DNA of 64,000 nt from an archaeon. Lineage in GTDB: Archaea > Nanobdellota > Nanobdellia > Woesearchaeales > UBA9642. The notes beneath the pieces were generated by a model. That model saw only the letters and a list, made by a program, of their open reading frames with translations. It did not search any database and had not been told where the DNA came from. Of this stretch, positions 48,827 to 58,951 are shown piece by piece (positions within the stretch are counted from its first letter, which is position 1; each line of letters begins with the position of its first letter). The translations under genes were made by a program, and so were the position numbers. Where the stretch lies: assembly GCA_020057295.1 (NCBI GenBank), contig JAGVGF010000001.1:64001-128000 (forward strand), written 5' to 3'.

Positions 48827-49549
48827 ATGGAGCTTTTAAAAAACATAATTGCTGAAGATTTATTCTTATATTTGTTAGAACATAAAACATTCATAGTTTC
48901 TGATATTCATATAGGATATGAAGAATCGTTAAATAGACGCGGAATATTAATACCTCGATATAATTATAATGACTTAATATTAAGAATGGAACGAGCCATA
49001 GAAAAAATTCGAAAGAAATATGTCATAGAAAAGATAATAATAAACGGAGATATAATTCACGAATTCGGAAAAATTAGTAAGAAAGAAAAAGATTTAACAA
49101 ACAAATTCATAAATTTCCTAAGTGAATACGGTCAGATTTTTATTATTGAAGGAAATCATGATAAAATATTAAAATATGTCATAAATAAAAACACCGAGAT
49201 AGTTAATAATATAGTTTTAGGAAAAATTTTAGTAATTCACGGAGATAAAATCATAAGCAAAGATTTGCTTAAAAAAGTAGAAACTATAATTATAGGTCAT
49301 GAACATCCAGCAGTCAGCATTCAATCAGGATCAAGAATTGAAAAATATAAATGTTTCTTAAAAGGTAAATATGAACATAAAAATTTAATTGTGACACCAT
49401 CATGTAACATACTTGTTGAGGGTACAGATATTCTTAGAGAAAGATTGTTAAGTCCATTATTAAAGAAAGTTAATTTAAAAAATTTTGAAGCATATATTGT
49501 AGAAGATAAAGTATATGATTTCGGTAAAATAAAAAATTTACCGCAATAA
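48827..49549 (+). CDS. Metallophosphoesterase (MJ0037/ICC-like)
   Basis: SDIHIGYE, NGD..H, GNHD, HG, GHEHP. Confidence 0.9.
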   Translation: MELLKNIIAEDLFLYLLEHKTFIVSDIHIGYEESLNRRGILIPRYNYNDLILRMERAIEKIRKKYVIEKIIINGDIIHEFGKISKKEKDLTNKFINFLSEYGQIFIIEGNHDKILKYVINKNTEIVNNIVLGKILVIHGDKIISKDLLKKVETIIIGHEHPAVSIQSGSRIEKYKCFLKGKYEHKNLIVTPSCNILVEGTDILRERLLSPLLKKVNLKNFEAYIVEDKVYDFGKIKNLPQ

Positions 49550-49586
49550 AAATAAATTTCTAAATATAGAATTTCTAAAAAATATT

Positions 49587-50156
49587 TTATTCTTCTATCT
49601 TTTTTGTAACTTTTAGTTTCTCTTTTATAGCCTTATCAGAGATTATTGCTGAATTACCTGTCGGATCTTCGATTATTAATTTTTGTTTTTCTTGACCCCA
49701 AATAACTTTATGAAGTTTCTTAATCATATTTTTAGCTTTCTTTCTTGATTCTTCCTCTTCTTCTGCGTTATCTCGAATTATTTCTAATTGCTTTACCATC
49801 CTATTTAATACACCCTCAACATTTGTTACATATCCGTTACTTGATGGTCCAGGAGTTATATCTCCTACATGAGGTATCTTGACTGTTGCAAAACTTGATT
49901 TTACTACACGTATCTTCATATCTTCTTCAGATGATAATTCTATAGTATATTTTGATGGTTCTCCTTGTTTTTCTGCTTCTATATCTGCTTTATGATATCC
50001 GCATCCTGAACAATCCATCGAGAATATAAATAATGCTCCAAAAAACGGAATCTCTTTTTTCATATCCATTAGTACTAATTTTTTTTCGTGACAGAATGGA
50101 CACATCTCTCCAGCCAATATTTCACTTTCCTCTTGTTGTTGTTTTTTCGTCGACAT
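49587..50156 (-). CDS. ZPR1 zinc-finger protein
   Basis: CPFC, IP.FG, C..CGY, RVVKS, TNVEG, EDPTGNS. Confidence 0.93.
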   Translation of the reverse strand: MSTKKQQQEESEILAGEMCPFCHEKKLVLMDMKKEIPFFGALFIFSMDCSGCGYHKADIEAEKQGEPSKYTIELSSEEDMKIRVVKSSFATVKIPHVGDITPGPSSNGYVTNVEGVLNRMVKQLEIIRDNAEEEEESRKKAKNMIKKLHKVIWGQEKQKLIIEDPTGNSAIISDKAIKEKLKVTKKIEE

Positions 50157-50369
50157 TTTAATTGAAAACTCCTTATTTATTATTTACTGCATCTTGGCAT
50201 TTATATATATTATGGTTGTAGAAAATATATCTTAACCAATCAAAATATTATTGTAATCAAGAATTAAAGATTTTAATCAAAAGAATTTTTTATCCAATAA
50301 AAAATCAACTAAGTGAAAATGTATAATCACATCTAAGAAAAAAGTTATAAAAAAATAAAAATAATTTTA

Positions 50370-50792
50370 TTACTCTTCTTCTTCAGCTTCTGCAGTTTTT
50401 ATCTCTGCTGTTGTTCCTTTAGACCTATAAATCTCTGCAAAGCTTGGAGTTATAACAATATAATCATCACTAAAGCCAGCTACATCGCCTTCAATTGCAT
50501 CTGTAGTTTTCTTTAACTTGTTTATTGCACGTTTCAATTCTATTAAATCCTTTTCTTTTAAGGGTCTAATATTAACTAAACATATTGTGTTTCCTTCTCT
50601 CAATGCATCTAAGATAGGTTTTATGTCTGTGAAATCTTCTAGAACGAATGGTTTAACAATAATTTTTTGGCCACCCTCTGAACTTCTTGAAGTATCTAAC
50701 TCAACATATTCTTCTGTCTGATCTACTGCTTCGTCATCTTCAAAATCTTTGTTTTTGAATTGATTTTTTATCTTGGAAAAAAATCCGGCCAT
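50370..50792 (-). CDS. sepF: Cell division protein SepF (DUF552)
   Basis: L.EGN.I..VNI.PL, GD.AG....Y...TP; adjacent to ZPR1 gene. Confidence 0.85.
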   Translation of the reverse strand: MAGFFSKIKNQFKNKDFEDDEAVDQTEEYVELDTSRSSEGGQKIIVKPFVLEDFTDIKPILDALREGNTICLVNIRPLKEKDLIELKRAINKLKKTTDAIEGDVAGFSDDYIVITPSFAEIYRSKGTTAEIKTAEAEEEE

Positions 50793-50905
50793 TTCAATCT
50801 CCTCCCTACACCATGAATATCTTTTTTTTAACTCTAAAAGTTATTTTTCTTATAATATATAAATATTTCTATTTTCTAAGAATACATCTATATAAACTTT
50901 ACGTT

Positions 50906-51913
50906 TTATACACTATAATTCAAAGCATTTAATGCACCGTATAGACTGGTGTCTGTTTCTATAAGCACTATAACTGTTACCCTTTCAAGTATCTTACGCA
51001 TGCTTTCGATGTTGTGTTGTACAAATTCTTCAACAAACACATCTTGTAATACTGATAAAATTTTTGGAGCTATACCGCCAGCTAGCACTAATTCTGTGCT
51101 TAAAGTAGTTAATACGAGATTTCTGGATGCTCGCGCATAATACTTTATGAATAATTCAATAACTCTTAAACATAAAGTGTCCTTATCTTCTAAAGCGTAT
51201 TTAGTAATTAATGCAGGCTTATCTTCAAATCTTGCTTTTGATATTATCTTTTTTACATTAAGATTATGTTTAACCTTCTGTGTCTTTAGGAAATCGTAAA
51301 TATTTACTATTCCTCTACCAGATATAACATCTTCTGCATCCCTGTAAAGTTTCTTTTTTAGCATAAACGTTTGAAATTTTATATCTATAGGATCATTAGT
51401 TATAATTGATAAATCTACATGTCCGCCTTCTGAAGCTAATGGAATGTGTCTATCTGAAGAATAGGGTAGTATACTTACACCAAGTCCTGTACCTGCACCA
51501 ATAATTACTATATTACCATTCATATTACTACCATTATTTGTTAATTCAACATATTGAGTGTTTTTTAGTATATCAATACTAAAGCCTATAGCTTCAAAAT
51601 CGTTTAGTAATGTGATATATTTTATTTTAGTATGTTTAATTATTTCGTGTGCATCAACTGCCCATTCAAGATTTGTTAACTTAACAAATGTTCTATCAGA
51701 ATTTGGTGTACCAGCTACAGCTATTGATGCAGTATTAATATGGTATTGCTTACATTCACTTAGAAAATTTTTTATTATGTCTGTAAAATTTGTAATTTCA
51801 GAACTCGGATAAATTTTTTTTAATAATATATTATATTTGTCATCTATAACTGCTAATGCACTCTTAGTGCCTCCAACATCCGCAACAAGATAATGCTTAC
51901 TCTTAAAAAACAT
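50906..51913 (-). CDS. glk: Glucokinase (bacterial Glk type)
   Basis: ADVGGT, LTNL.W, LLNDF.A, GAGTGLG, SEGGH, SGRG, GGIAPKI. Confidence 0.9.
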   Translation of the reverse strand: MFFKSKHYLVADVGGTKSALAVIDDKYNILLKKIYPSSEITNFTDIIKNFLSECKQYHINTASIAVAGTPNSDRTFVKLTNLEWAVDAHEIIKHTKIKYITLLNDFEAIGFSIDILKNTQYVELTNNGSNMNGNIVIIGAGTGLGVSILPYSSDRHIPLASEGGHVDLSIITNDPIDIKFQTFMLKKKLYRDAEDVISGRGIVNIYDFLKTQKVKHNLNVKKIISKARFEDKPALITKYALEDKDTLCLRVIELFIKYYARASRNLVLTTLSTELVLAGGIAPKILSVLQDVFVEEFVQHNIESMRKILERVTVIVLIETDTSLYGALNALNYSV

Positions 51914-51948
51914 CTACTCACCTCAAAATATGTAATATTTGTATAACT

Positions 51949-52971
51949 TTAGATAAAAGGGCCCATCTCTTTCTTAAACTTTTCTATAACATCCACAGGC
52001 GTTGGATCTGTAGAATAATTTATTGCCAGATGATAAGATACTAAATCGCCAATATATATTGTGGTGAACATTTTAGTTAATATGCTATCTCCACGAATAG
52101 TAATCTCGGTAAATTTTACTGCATCATTAGTCATTTCCTTAACCAACTTTCTAGTAATTTCCATCCTTTTTATTACACGCCTATGATCATCTTCATTTTG
52201 TAATATTATTACGTGTATTGGAATGTTCAATTTGTTAAGGTTTAAGTATCCATTTAGCTCATTATGATTCAATTCTGGAAATTTATGACAAAACGCTGGA
52301 ATTTTAGTATTTTCGTTAATTTCACATTTCCATCTATAAGCTATAGCATAAAATGTATTTGATGAGTATATAATTGGTAGTTTACCATATAATTTTAATG
52401 CAATATCATATCCTATCCTGTCAAAGCTTGACTGATTTTTTTTAAGATTATCAATCAAATTCTTTACATCCTCACCATTATTACTTACTATGCCTGCGTT
52501 TTCTAAAACTCTTAACATCGGAAAGAATAAGTATGCAACAGCATTTCTAGGTTGATAACCTTTAGGAATGATAACGCAAGGCAATCTATTAATTCTAGAA
52601 TATTCTTCCAGCTTACCGCCAGTAGTTATTATTAATATATTTAAATTTTTCTTTAGAGCTTCTCTATAACAGGATATGCTTTCTTCAGTATTACCTGAGT
52701 ATGAAACAATAAATATTAATGAATTTTTATCAGCATATTCCGGTAAAGTATATCCTTGAACATTAAATATAGGTATCTTAATCTTCAACATTGCAAAGTA
52801 TGACTCTAATAATTGTCCGCTAATACTTGAACCACCCATACCACAAACAAATATTTTATCAGGTGTGCCTTTAAGATTAACATTTCTACCAAGATTATAT
52901 CCTTCTTTGATTTGTTCTGGTAGGCTGTTGATGACGCCTAACATGTTCTCTTTATCGTATATTCCCGGCAT
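51949..52971 (-). CDS. Bifunctional phosphoglucose/phosphomannose isomerase
   Basis: GMGGS, SYSGNTEE, QPR, RWK..NEN.K, PE.NHNE, DPTPV. Confidence 0.93.
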   Translation of the reverse strand: MPGIYDKENMLGVINSLPEQIKEGYNLGRNVNLKGTPDKIFVCGMGGSSISGQLLESYFAMLKIKIPIFNVQGYTLPEYADKNSLIFIVSYSGNTEESISCYREALKKNLNILIITTGGKLEEYSRINRLPCVIIPKGYQPRNAVAYLFFPMLRVLENAGIVSNNGEDVKNLIDNLKKNQSSFDRIGYDIALKLYGKLPIIYSSNTFYAIAYRWKCEINENTKIPAFCHKFPELNHNELNGYLNLNKLNIPIHVIILQNEDDHRRVIKRMEITRKLVKEMTNDAVKFTEITIRGDSILTKMFTTIYIGDLVSYHLAINYSTDPTPVDVIEKFKKEMGPFI

Positions 52972-53054
52972 AAATTATTACCGGAATTACGGATATTTAA
53001 ATGTTATTGATTGTTAATCATTAAATTTATAAGAATATATTTTTTCACAAGTTT

Positions 53055-54443
53055 ATGAGCAATAAATCAGTATTAATTAATAAAGTGTTATCTAAAAAAT
53101 CAAGTAAGACATTAGTTTGTATTAAGACATTTGGATGTTCTATTAATCATTCAGACTCTGAAGTTATGGCAGGATTATTACAAGAAGCAGGATATGATGT
53201 TATTAATTCTTATAGTGGAGAAGTTGAGAATAATGACACAATTTCTGATACTGCTGATGCAATTATAATTAATACATGTTCTGTTAAGAATTTGGCTGAA
53301 TCAAAATTTTTTCGTGAATTGCGTAAATGGCAAGATAAAGATGTTAAGATAATAGTTGCTGGATGTATACCTCAAGCCGAGCCAGAGTTATTGAACACGA
53401 AATTGAAAGATGTATCGGTGATTGGTACAAGACAATTAGTACATGTAGTGGATATATTAAAAGAGACTCTCAATGGAGAAATCATACATAATATTAATAA
53501 TGATAAAAATGATCGTTTAAACCTTCCTAAAATTCGAAAAACAGGAATAATAGAAATATTGCCTATATCTGAGGGTTGTCTTAGTAGCTGTACATATTGT
53601 AAAACCAAATTAGCTAGGGGAAACTTGTTATCTTATCCTAAAGAAAAGATAATTAAACAATTTAAAGCAGCATTAGCTGATGGTTGTAAAGAGTTCTGGA
53701 TAACAAGTCAAGATAATGGTTGTTACGGGTTTGATATTTATAGGAAAGAAAAATATTTCTTACCACAATTATTAAATGATTTGCTAAGCATTGATGGAGA
53801 ATTTCGTATAAGACTGGGGATGAGCAATCCTGATCATGTTGATAGAATAAAAAACGAGTTAGTTGAAACATTCAAACACGCTAAAATGTACAAATTCTTA
53901 CATATACCGATACAATCTGGCAACGACAGGGTTCTAAAGAGCATGAAAAGATGTTATACTGTGAAAGAATTCAATGGAATAATAGATTTATTTCGCAGGG
54001 AAATACCTGAAATAACTATAAGTACAGATATAATTGTTGGATTTCCAGATGAGGCAGACAGAGAGTTTGAAGATACTGTAAAATTAGTAAAACATGTTAA
54101 TTTTGATGTATTAAATCTTAGCAGATTTTGGTTAAGAAAGGGAACAGAAGCAGAAAGCATGAAACAACTATACAGTGCAGTCATAAAGAAACGAGCGGAA
54201 TATCTAAAAAAATTATTTGATGGATTGTCAGAAAATAATAATAAAAAATTTTTAAATAAAGAATTCACCGTATTAATTGATGAATTAGGAAGACATGATT
54301 CATTGATTGCTAGAGATGAATATTATAAACATATTGTTATAAAAAATTCAACACAAAATTATAAGATAGGTGATTTTGTTAAAGTAAAAATCTCGTCTAT
54401 CACGCGTTATGATTTAGTCGGAGAAGTAATAGAAAAAGTATGA
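53055..54443 (+). CDS. tRNA t6A37 methylthiotransferase (archaeal MiaB-like/e-MtaB)
   Basis: TFGC..N, NTC.V, AGC, C...CTYC radical SAM motif, TRAM domain. Confidence 0.9.
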   Translation: MSNKSVLINKVLSKKSSKTLVCIKTFGCSINHSDSEVMAGLLQEAGYDVINSYSGEVENNDTISDTADAIIINTCSVKNLAESKFFRELRKWQDKDVKIIVAGCIPQAEPELLNTKLKDVSVIGTRQLVHVVDILKETLNGEIIHNINNDKNDRLNLPKIRKTGIIEILPISEGCLSSCTYCKTKLARGNLLSYPKEKIIKQFKAALADGCKEFWITSQDNGCYGFDIYRKEKYFLPQLLNDLLSIDGEFRIRLGMSNPDHVDRIKNELVETFKHAKMYKFLHIPIQSGNDRVLKSMKRCYTVKEFNGIIDLFRREIPEITISTDIIVGFPDEADREFEDTVKLVKHVNFDVLNLSRFWLRKGTEAESMKQLYSAVIKKRAEYLKKLFDGLSENNNKKFLNKEFTVLIDELGRHDSLIARDEYYKHIVIKNSTQNYKIGDFVKVKISSITRYDLVGEVIEKV

Positions 54444-54501
54444 TAATGTATGAAAAATAGTAATATTTAAATAGTAATCGCATAAAATTATTCTAGGGGT
54501 T

Positions 54502-55323
54502 GTGATGAAAGAGCGTATAACATTAACAATAGAAAGAGATATATTAGAGAAAATAGATAATAAAGTCGATGGCTCTATGGTGAAGAATAGAAGTCATGCT
54601 GTAGAGTTGTTATTATTGAAAGCGATGTCTTCTAACAGATTAAGAAAAGCCATATTATTAGCTGGCGGCGAAGGAGATAAACATAAAAAAGTTTCAGTGT
54701 TAGATAATGTTCATGAAAAAACGTTGCTTGAATGGAATATTAAATTATTAAAGAGATATGGTGTTAAAGAATTATTAATATGTATACCAAAAGGATATGA
54801 AAACATTAAAGAAAAATTTAATATGCACAGCATGGGAATGGATATTAAATATTTTGATGAGGAATATCTTATGGGAACTGCAGGTTCCTTAAAGGCTGTT
54901 AAAGATTTTATTACAGAAACGACTGCAGTATGTTACTCTGATGATTTAAAAAAAGTCGATCTAGATGACATGTATGAGTTTCATAAAAACAACAACAAAT
55001 TATGTACTATAGCATTAACAACAGTTGATGATCCATCAAATTTTGGTGTGGCATTAATGAATGGTAATAGAATAATAACATTTATAGAAAAACCGCCTAA
55101 AGAATCTGCACCATCAAAACTTATCAATGCAGGAGTCTTTATTATAGAACCAGAAATATTGAAATTTATACCTGAAGGTTTCTCAATGATCGAACAAGAT
55201 GTTTTTCCTAAATTAGCAAAACACGATAATCTAATAGGATATGTATTCAGCGGTCAATGGCTAAAAATTAAAACTGTAGAGGATTTGGAAAAAGCTAAAA
55301 AAGAATGGAAAGGAATAAAATAG
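54502..55323 (+). CDS. RHH-fused sugar-phosphate nucleotidyltransferase-like protein with degenerate active-site loop
   Basis: ERITLTI..D....ID...NRSHA.E RHH; LAGG, GTAG, FG, F.EKP, INAG motifs; TRL.PLT...PKP absent. Confidence 0.8.
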   Translation: MMKERITLTIERDILEKIDNKVDGSMVKNRSHAVELLLLKAMSSNRLRKAILLAGGEGDKHKKVSVLDNVHEKTLLEWNIKLLKRYGVKELLICIPKGYENIKEKFNMHSMGMDIKYFDEEYLMGTAGSLKAVKDFITETTAVCYSDDLKKVDLDDMYEFHKNNNKLCTIALTTVDDPSNFGVALMNGNRIITFIEKPPKESAPSKLINAGVFIIEPEILKFIPEGFSMIEQDVFPKLAKHDNLIGYVFSGQWLKIKTVEDLEKAKKEWKGIK

Positions 55324-55327
55324 GTGT

Positions 55328-56713
55328 ATGATGGGATTATTCCACGAATATGATATACGCGGAATTTACGGTACAGAGTTAACTGAAGAATTTGCATATA
55401 AGCTAGGATATGCAGCAATAAATTATACACACGCTAAAAAAGTTGTTATAGGCTATGATTCTCGTAAGGGCAATATTAAACTTTTTTCTGCGTTAGCAAA
55501 ATCTTTAACCGAACAAGGAATAAATATTGTACATGCAGGACTAATTTCTAGGCCAATGCTTAATTGGATTGCATGGCATTATAAGTTTGATTTAGGAATA
55601 ATTATTACAGCATCACATAATCCTAAAGAGTACAACGGATTTAAATTTATACACAAAGGAAGATTATTAAATTATGACAATGGTTTAAATAAAGTTGAAG
55701 AAATTTTATCAAATAAAAAATTTAAATCAAAAAAATCTTCAAAGAAAGGAAAAATAATTTCTAAAGATTATATCGATGAGTATGTTAAATTTCTTTCAAA
55801 CCATTTATCTCCAGATTTTAAAAAATATAATAATAAAAAACATATAAGGATTGTTGCCGATGCATCTAACGGCGCAGCTGGAGAGATAATAAAAAGATTT
55901 ATGTTGTACAACGATATAAACTTTGATTTAATATTTTCTGATCCTGACGGAACATTCTATTGTCATAATCCGAATCCCTTAGATGATAATGCACTTGTTG
56001 TCTTATCAAAAAAGGTTGTTGAAACTAAAGCAAATCTTGGATTTGTTGTTGATCCTGATGCAGATAGAATACGTTTTGTAGATGAAAAAGGCATTATCGT
56101 CGAAAATAATTATTTGGATTGTATAATTGTTAAAGATTTATTGAAGAAATATAAGAAAGGGGTAATAGTTCATGATATCGTGTCTAGAAAAATATTGTCA
56201 GAAACAATTAGAAAACATAAAGGTATAAATATTGTTTCACAAGTTGGCACATCACATATCGTACAACACATGGTCAATAACAACGCAATCTTTGCTTGTG
56301 AAATGTCAGGACACAGATATTTTAGGGTAATGAATAATTTAGATTCTGGAATGATGATGTTTGTTTATACATTAAATAGTCTATATAATAAAGAGCATCG
56401 TGATAAAAAGTTTTCTAAATTATGGACTAAGTATAATAAATATTTGGATGTTGGTGAATTAAATTATCATTTAGATAATAATGATGTCAAAGATAAAGTT
56501 TTAAATAAAATTTATGAACATTATAAAAATTTCAAAAAGCAACACAAAGTAAAACACGAATATTTAATTGATGGAATTAGTGTTGTAACTAAAACTTATT
56601 GGTTCACAATAAGAAAAAGCAATACCGAGCCAACTTTACGTCTAAGAATTGAAGGTAAAAATAAGAAGGAATTATTAAAAGTTCAAAAACATTTAGAAAA
56701 ATTTATCAAATAA
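55328..56713 (+). CDS. Phosphomannomutase/phosphoglucomutase
   Basis: YDIRG, TASHNP, DPDADR, E.SGH, R.SNTEP. Confidence 0.95.
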   Translation: MMGLFHEYDIRGIYGTELTEEFAYKLGYAAINYTHAKKVVIGYDSRKGNIKLFSALAKSLTEQGINIVHAGLISRPMLNWIAWHYKFDLGIIITASHNPKEYNGFKFIHKGRLLNYDNGLNKVEEILSNKKFKSKKSSKKGKIISKDYIDEYVKFLSNHLSPDFKKYNNKKHIRIVADASNGAAGEIIKRFMLYNDINFDLIFSDPDGTFYCHNPNPLDDNALVVLSKKVVETKANLGFVVDPDADRIRFVDEKGIIVENNYLDCIIVKDLLKKYKKGVIVHDIVSRKILSETIRKHKGINIVSQVGTSHIVQHMVNNNAIFACEMSGHRYFRVMNNLDSGMMMFVYTLNSLYNKEHRDKKFSKLWTKYNKYLDVGELNYHLDNNDVKDKVLNKIYEHYKNFKKQHKVKHEYLIDGISVVTKTYWFTIRKSNTEPTLRLRIEGKNKKELLKVQKHLEKFIK

Positions 56714-56717
56714 TAAT

Positions 56718-57275
56718 TTATTCTTCCCAAACCAATTCGCTATCTCGATATTTTAAATTTGCAAATTTCGAATGTATCATTTGATGATGATTAGGACATA
56801 ACAAAACATAATCATGCATATTCTTTTTATTGTATGCTTTTAATATTTTTGAATTCGACTCTTTCTTATTGTCTAAACAATGTATTTCAGTGATTGCATT
56901 GAATTCGCAAATAAAACATTTATTGTCTAGGATTTCTTTGATTTTCTTTTCTATATTCTTCGTATATTTTGTCGATTTTTTTAAATAATACTTTCTTAAA
57001 CATTCATCACTACAAAACTTTTGTGTCTTCATTTTTTTGACTATAATTTTTCCGCAATGTAAACATTTTCTTTTTGATAAATCAAAATTTGCGAAAAGAT
57101 TAACTGCATTTTGCCAACTTCCAAAACGGTCCGCATAGGATTTAACGCTTGGATAACCTTCCTTTTTAGAAATATCTTCTTCTCTTGGAACCCTATTTAA
57201 TTCATCCATTAACTTCTTGAAATAGAATTCTAATTGTTCCCTAGTATATTTACGCTTGTGCATCAAACCCCACAA
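56718..57275 (-). CDS. HNH-associated repeat + zinc finger + HNH-like domain protein
   Basis: RVP...PS...Y..RFGSW..A, C..CG...KFCS..C, C.IC...EIH...LCPNHH..IH. Confidence 0.75.
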   Translation of the reverse strand: MWGLMHKRKYTREQLEFYFKKLMDELNRVPREEDISKKEGYPSVKSYADRFGSWQNAVNLFANFDLSKRKCLHCGKIIVKKMKTQKFCSDECLRKYYLKKSTKYTKNIEKKIKEILDNKCFICEFNAITEIHCLDNKKESNSKILKAYNKKNMHDYVLLCPNHHQMIHSKFANLKYRDSELVWEE

Positions 57276-57305
57276 ACAGACTATATGTATAGAACTATAT
57301 AAATT

Positions 57306-58334
57306 TTATTCTTTCCAATTAACTTTAATATCGTCAGTTCTCTCGTATGGATTAATATGTGATGTTTCTATCTTTGTAATATTTCCTGCATTATACATTT
57401 TTATTCCTAATACTGCAATCATTCCAGCATTATCAACTAAGTATTGATTTTCGGGAATTATACATTTCGCGTTTCTATCCTTGCACATTTGCTGTGCCAT
57501 CTCTTTGAGTCTAGAATTACACGCGACTCCTCCGCCTAGGACTAATTCATTTTTTTCACAATGTGCCATTGCACGTTCAGAAACTTCTAATAACATTGCA
57601 AATACTGTTTCTTCTACTGAATAACATATATCTTCAATCTGTTCTTGTGTTTTTAATTCATTGTTACGAATCTTGTTTCTAAGTATTGTTTGTAATCCTG
57701 AAAATGATACGTCCATTCCTTTAACATTATATGGTAACTCGATATATTTAGCATTTCTTTCCTTTGCTTTTTGTGCCATTAAATCAATTTTTGGTCCTGC
57801 TGGAAATCCTAGTCCTAAATCTCTACCGAATGAATCTAGAAAATTTCCTATGCCCACATCTAATGTTTCTCCAAAAACTCTGTACTTTCCACCATCGTAT
57901 GCAATAATTTGAGTGTTTGCTCCTGATGCATATAATAATACAGGATCTGAACTATCATAAATAGTAGCAATTTCTAAATGTGCAACACAATGATTCACAC
58001 CGATTAATGGAATTTTTAATTGTAAAGAAAGAGATCTTGCAACTGCACTTCCTATTCTTAACGCATGTCCTATTCCTGGACCTTGAGAAAATGATATTAA
58101 TTGAATATCATCAAGAGATTTTTTTGAGATATTTAATGCTTCTTTTATTACTCGGTCAAAACATTCTACATGATGTTCTGATAACATAACAGGAACAAGT
58201 CCTCCTTTTTCTGTCTTATACATATCTCTAACATTAGATAAAACATTAAACTTATCTTTCTCATATAATACAACACTTGCACCAAACGTGTGTGCAGTTG
58301 TCTCTATCCCTAAACATAATAAAGATTTCTTCAT
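57306..58334 (-). CDS. kae1: tRNA N6-threonylcarbamoyltransferase Kae1
   Basis: LGIETTAHT, SQGPG, VNHC.AHLE, SGANT, GETLD, DNAGMIA. Confidence 0.95.
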   Translation of the reverse strand: MKKSLLCLGIETTAHTFGASVVLYEKDKFNVLSNVRDMYKTEKGGLVPVMLSEHHVECFDRVIKEALNISKKSLDDIQLISFSQGPGIGHALRIGSAVARSLSLQLKIPLIGVNHCVAHLEIATIYDSSDPVLLYASGANTQIIAYDGGKYRVFGETLDVGIGNFLDSFGRDLGLGFPAGPKIDLMAQKAKERNAKYIELPYNVKGMDVSFSGLQTILRNKIRNNELKTQEQIEDICYSVEETVFAMLLEVSERAMAHCEKNELVLGGGVACNSRLKEMAQQMCKDRNAKCIIPENQYLVDNAGMIAVLGIKMYNAGNITKIETSHINPYERTDDIKVNWKE

Positions 58335-58374
58335 AGAATATAGAATAAATGTTATGTTTAAAAGGATTATGCTT

Positions 58375-58851
58375 CTAAAATTTTGTTTGTAGATATTCTG
58401 CAAATTTTTTTATTTCTGCTAGAGATTTTTGATTTTCTGGATTCTTATTATATGCAAATATTTTGCTGCCACGATGCTCTTTGGGAAAGTTATGAGGAAT
58501 AGGCACTATATGATAATGCAAATGATTAAAATTTTCTGCTTCTCCATAGAATAGATTGTATAATCTCTCGCATTTTAATTCCTGATATAATACTCTGCAT
58601 GTTTTTTCTAGTACTGCACCAAATTCTGCAAACTCTTCAGATGTTAATTCATGTGGTGAAATTATGTGTCTTTTTGCAGCAATAACGCTCCATCCATAAA
58701 TACTTGCAGGAACACTATGTTCAACTAGCCAATGTTCTGTTTGAAACATCGGCTCGTCTGTAGGACTGATTCTTCCGTTCTCTGTTCCAGGAAATCTACC
58801 TACATTAGATAGGCACGTATTACACGTTTCATCGATATGAACTTTATCCAT
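58375..58851 (-). CDS. HIT-family hydrolase
   Basis: C..C, KRH, HLHYHIVP triad. Confidence 0.88.
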   Translation of the reverse strand: MDKVHIDETCNTCLSNVGRFPGTENGRISPTDEPMFQTEHWLVEHSVPASIYGWSVIAAKRHIISPHELTSEEFAEFGAVLEKTCRVLYQELKCERLYNLFYGEAENFNHLHYHIVPIPHNFPKEHRGSKIFAYNKNPENQKSLAEIKKFAEYLQTKF

Positions 58852-58951
58852 ACGATTAGTATATCGTGTAAATATATAAACGTTTTTATTTAATCACTAT
58901 TAAGTGACAAACAACCGTAAACTTTTTAAATACTTATTTATGCTAAAAATC

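Noticed and set aside
383-58951. Extended N-termini in the ORF track (rpoL, VKOR, kae1, lhr, YlqF, M23-like, C13)
   Set aside because: Extensions span TATA boxes or overlap neighbours; downstream ATGs fit promoters and family starts
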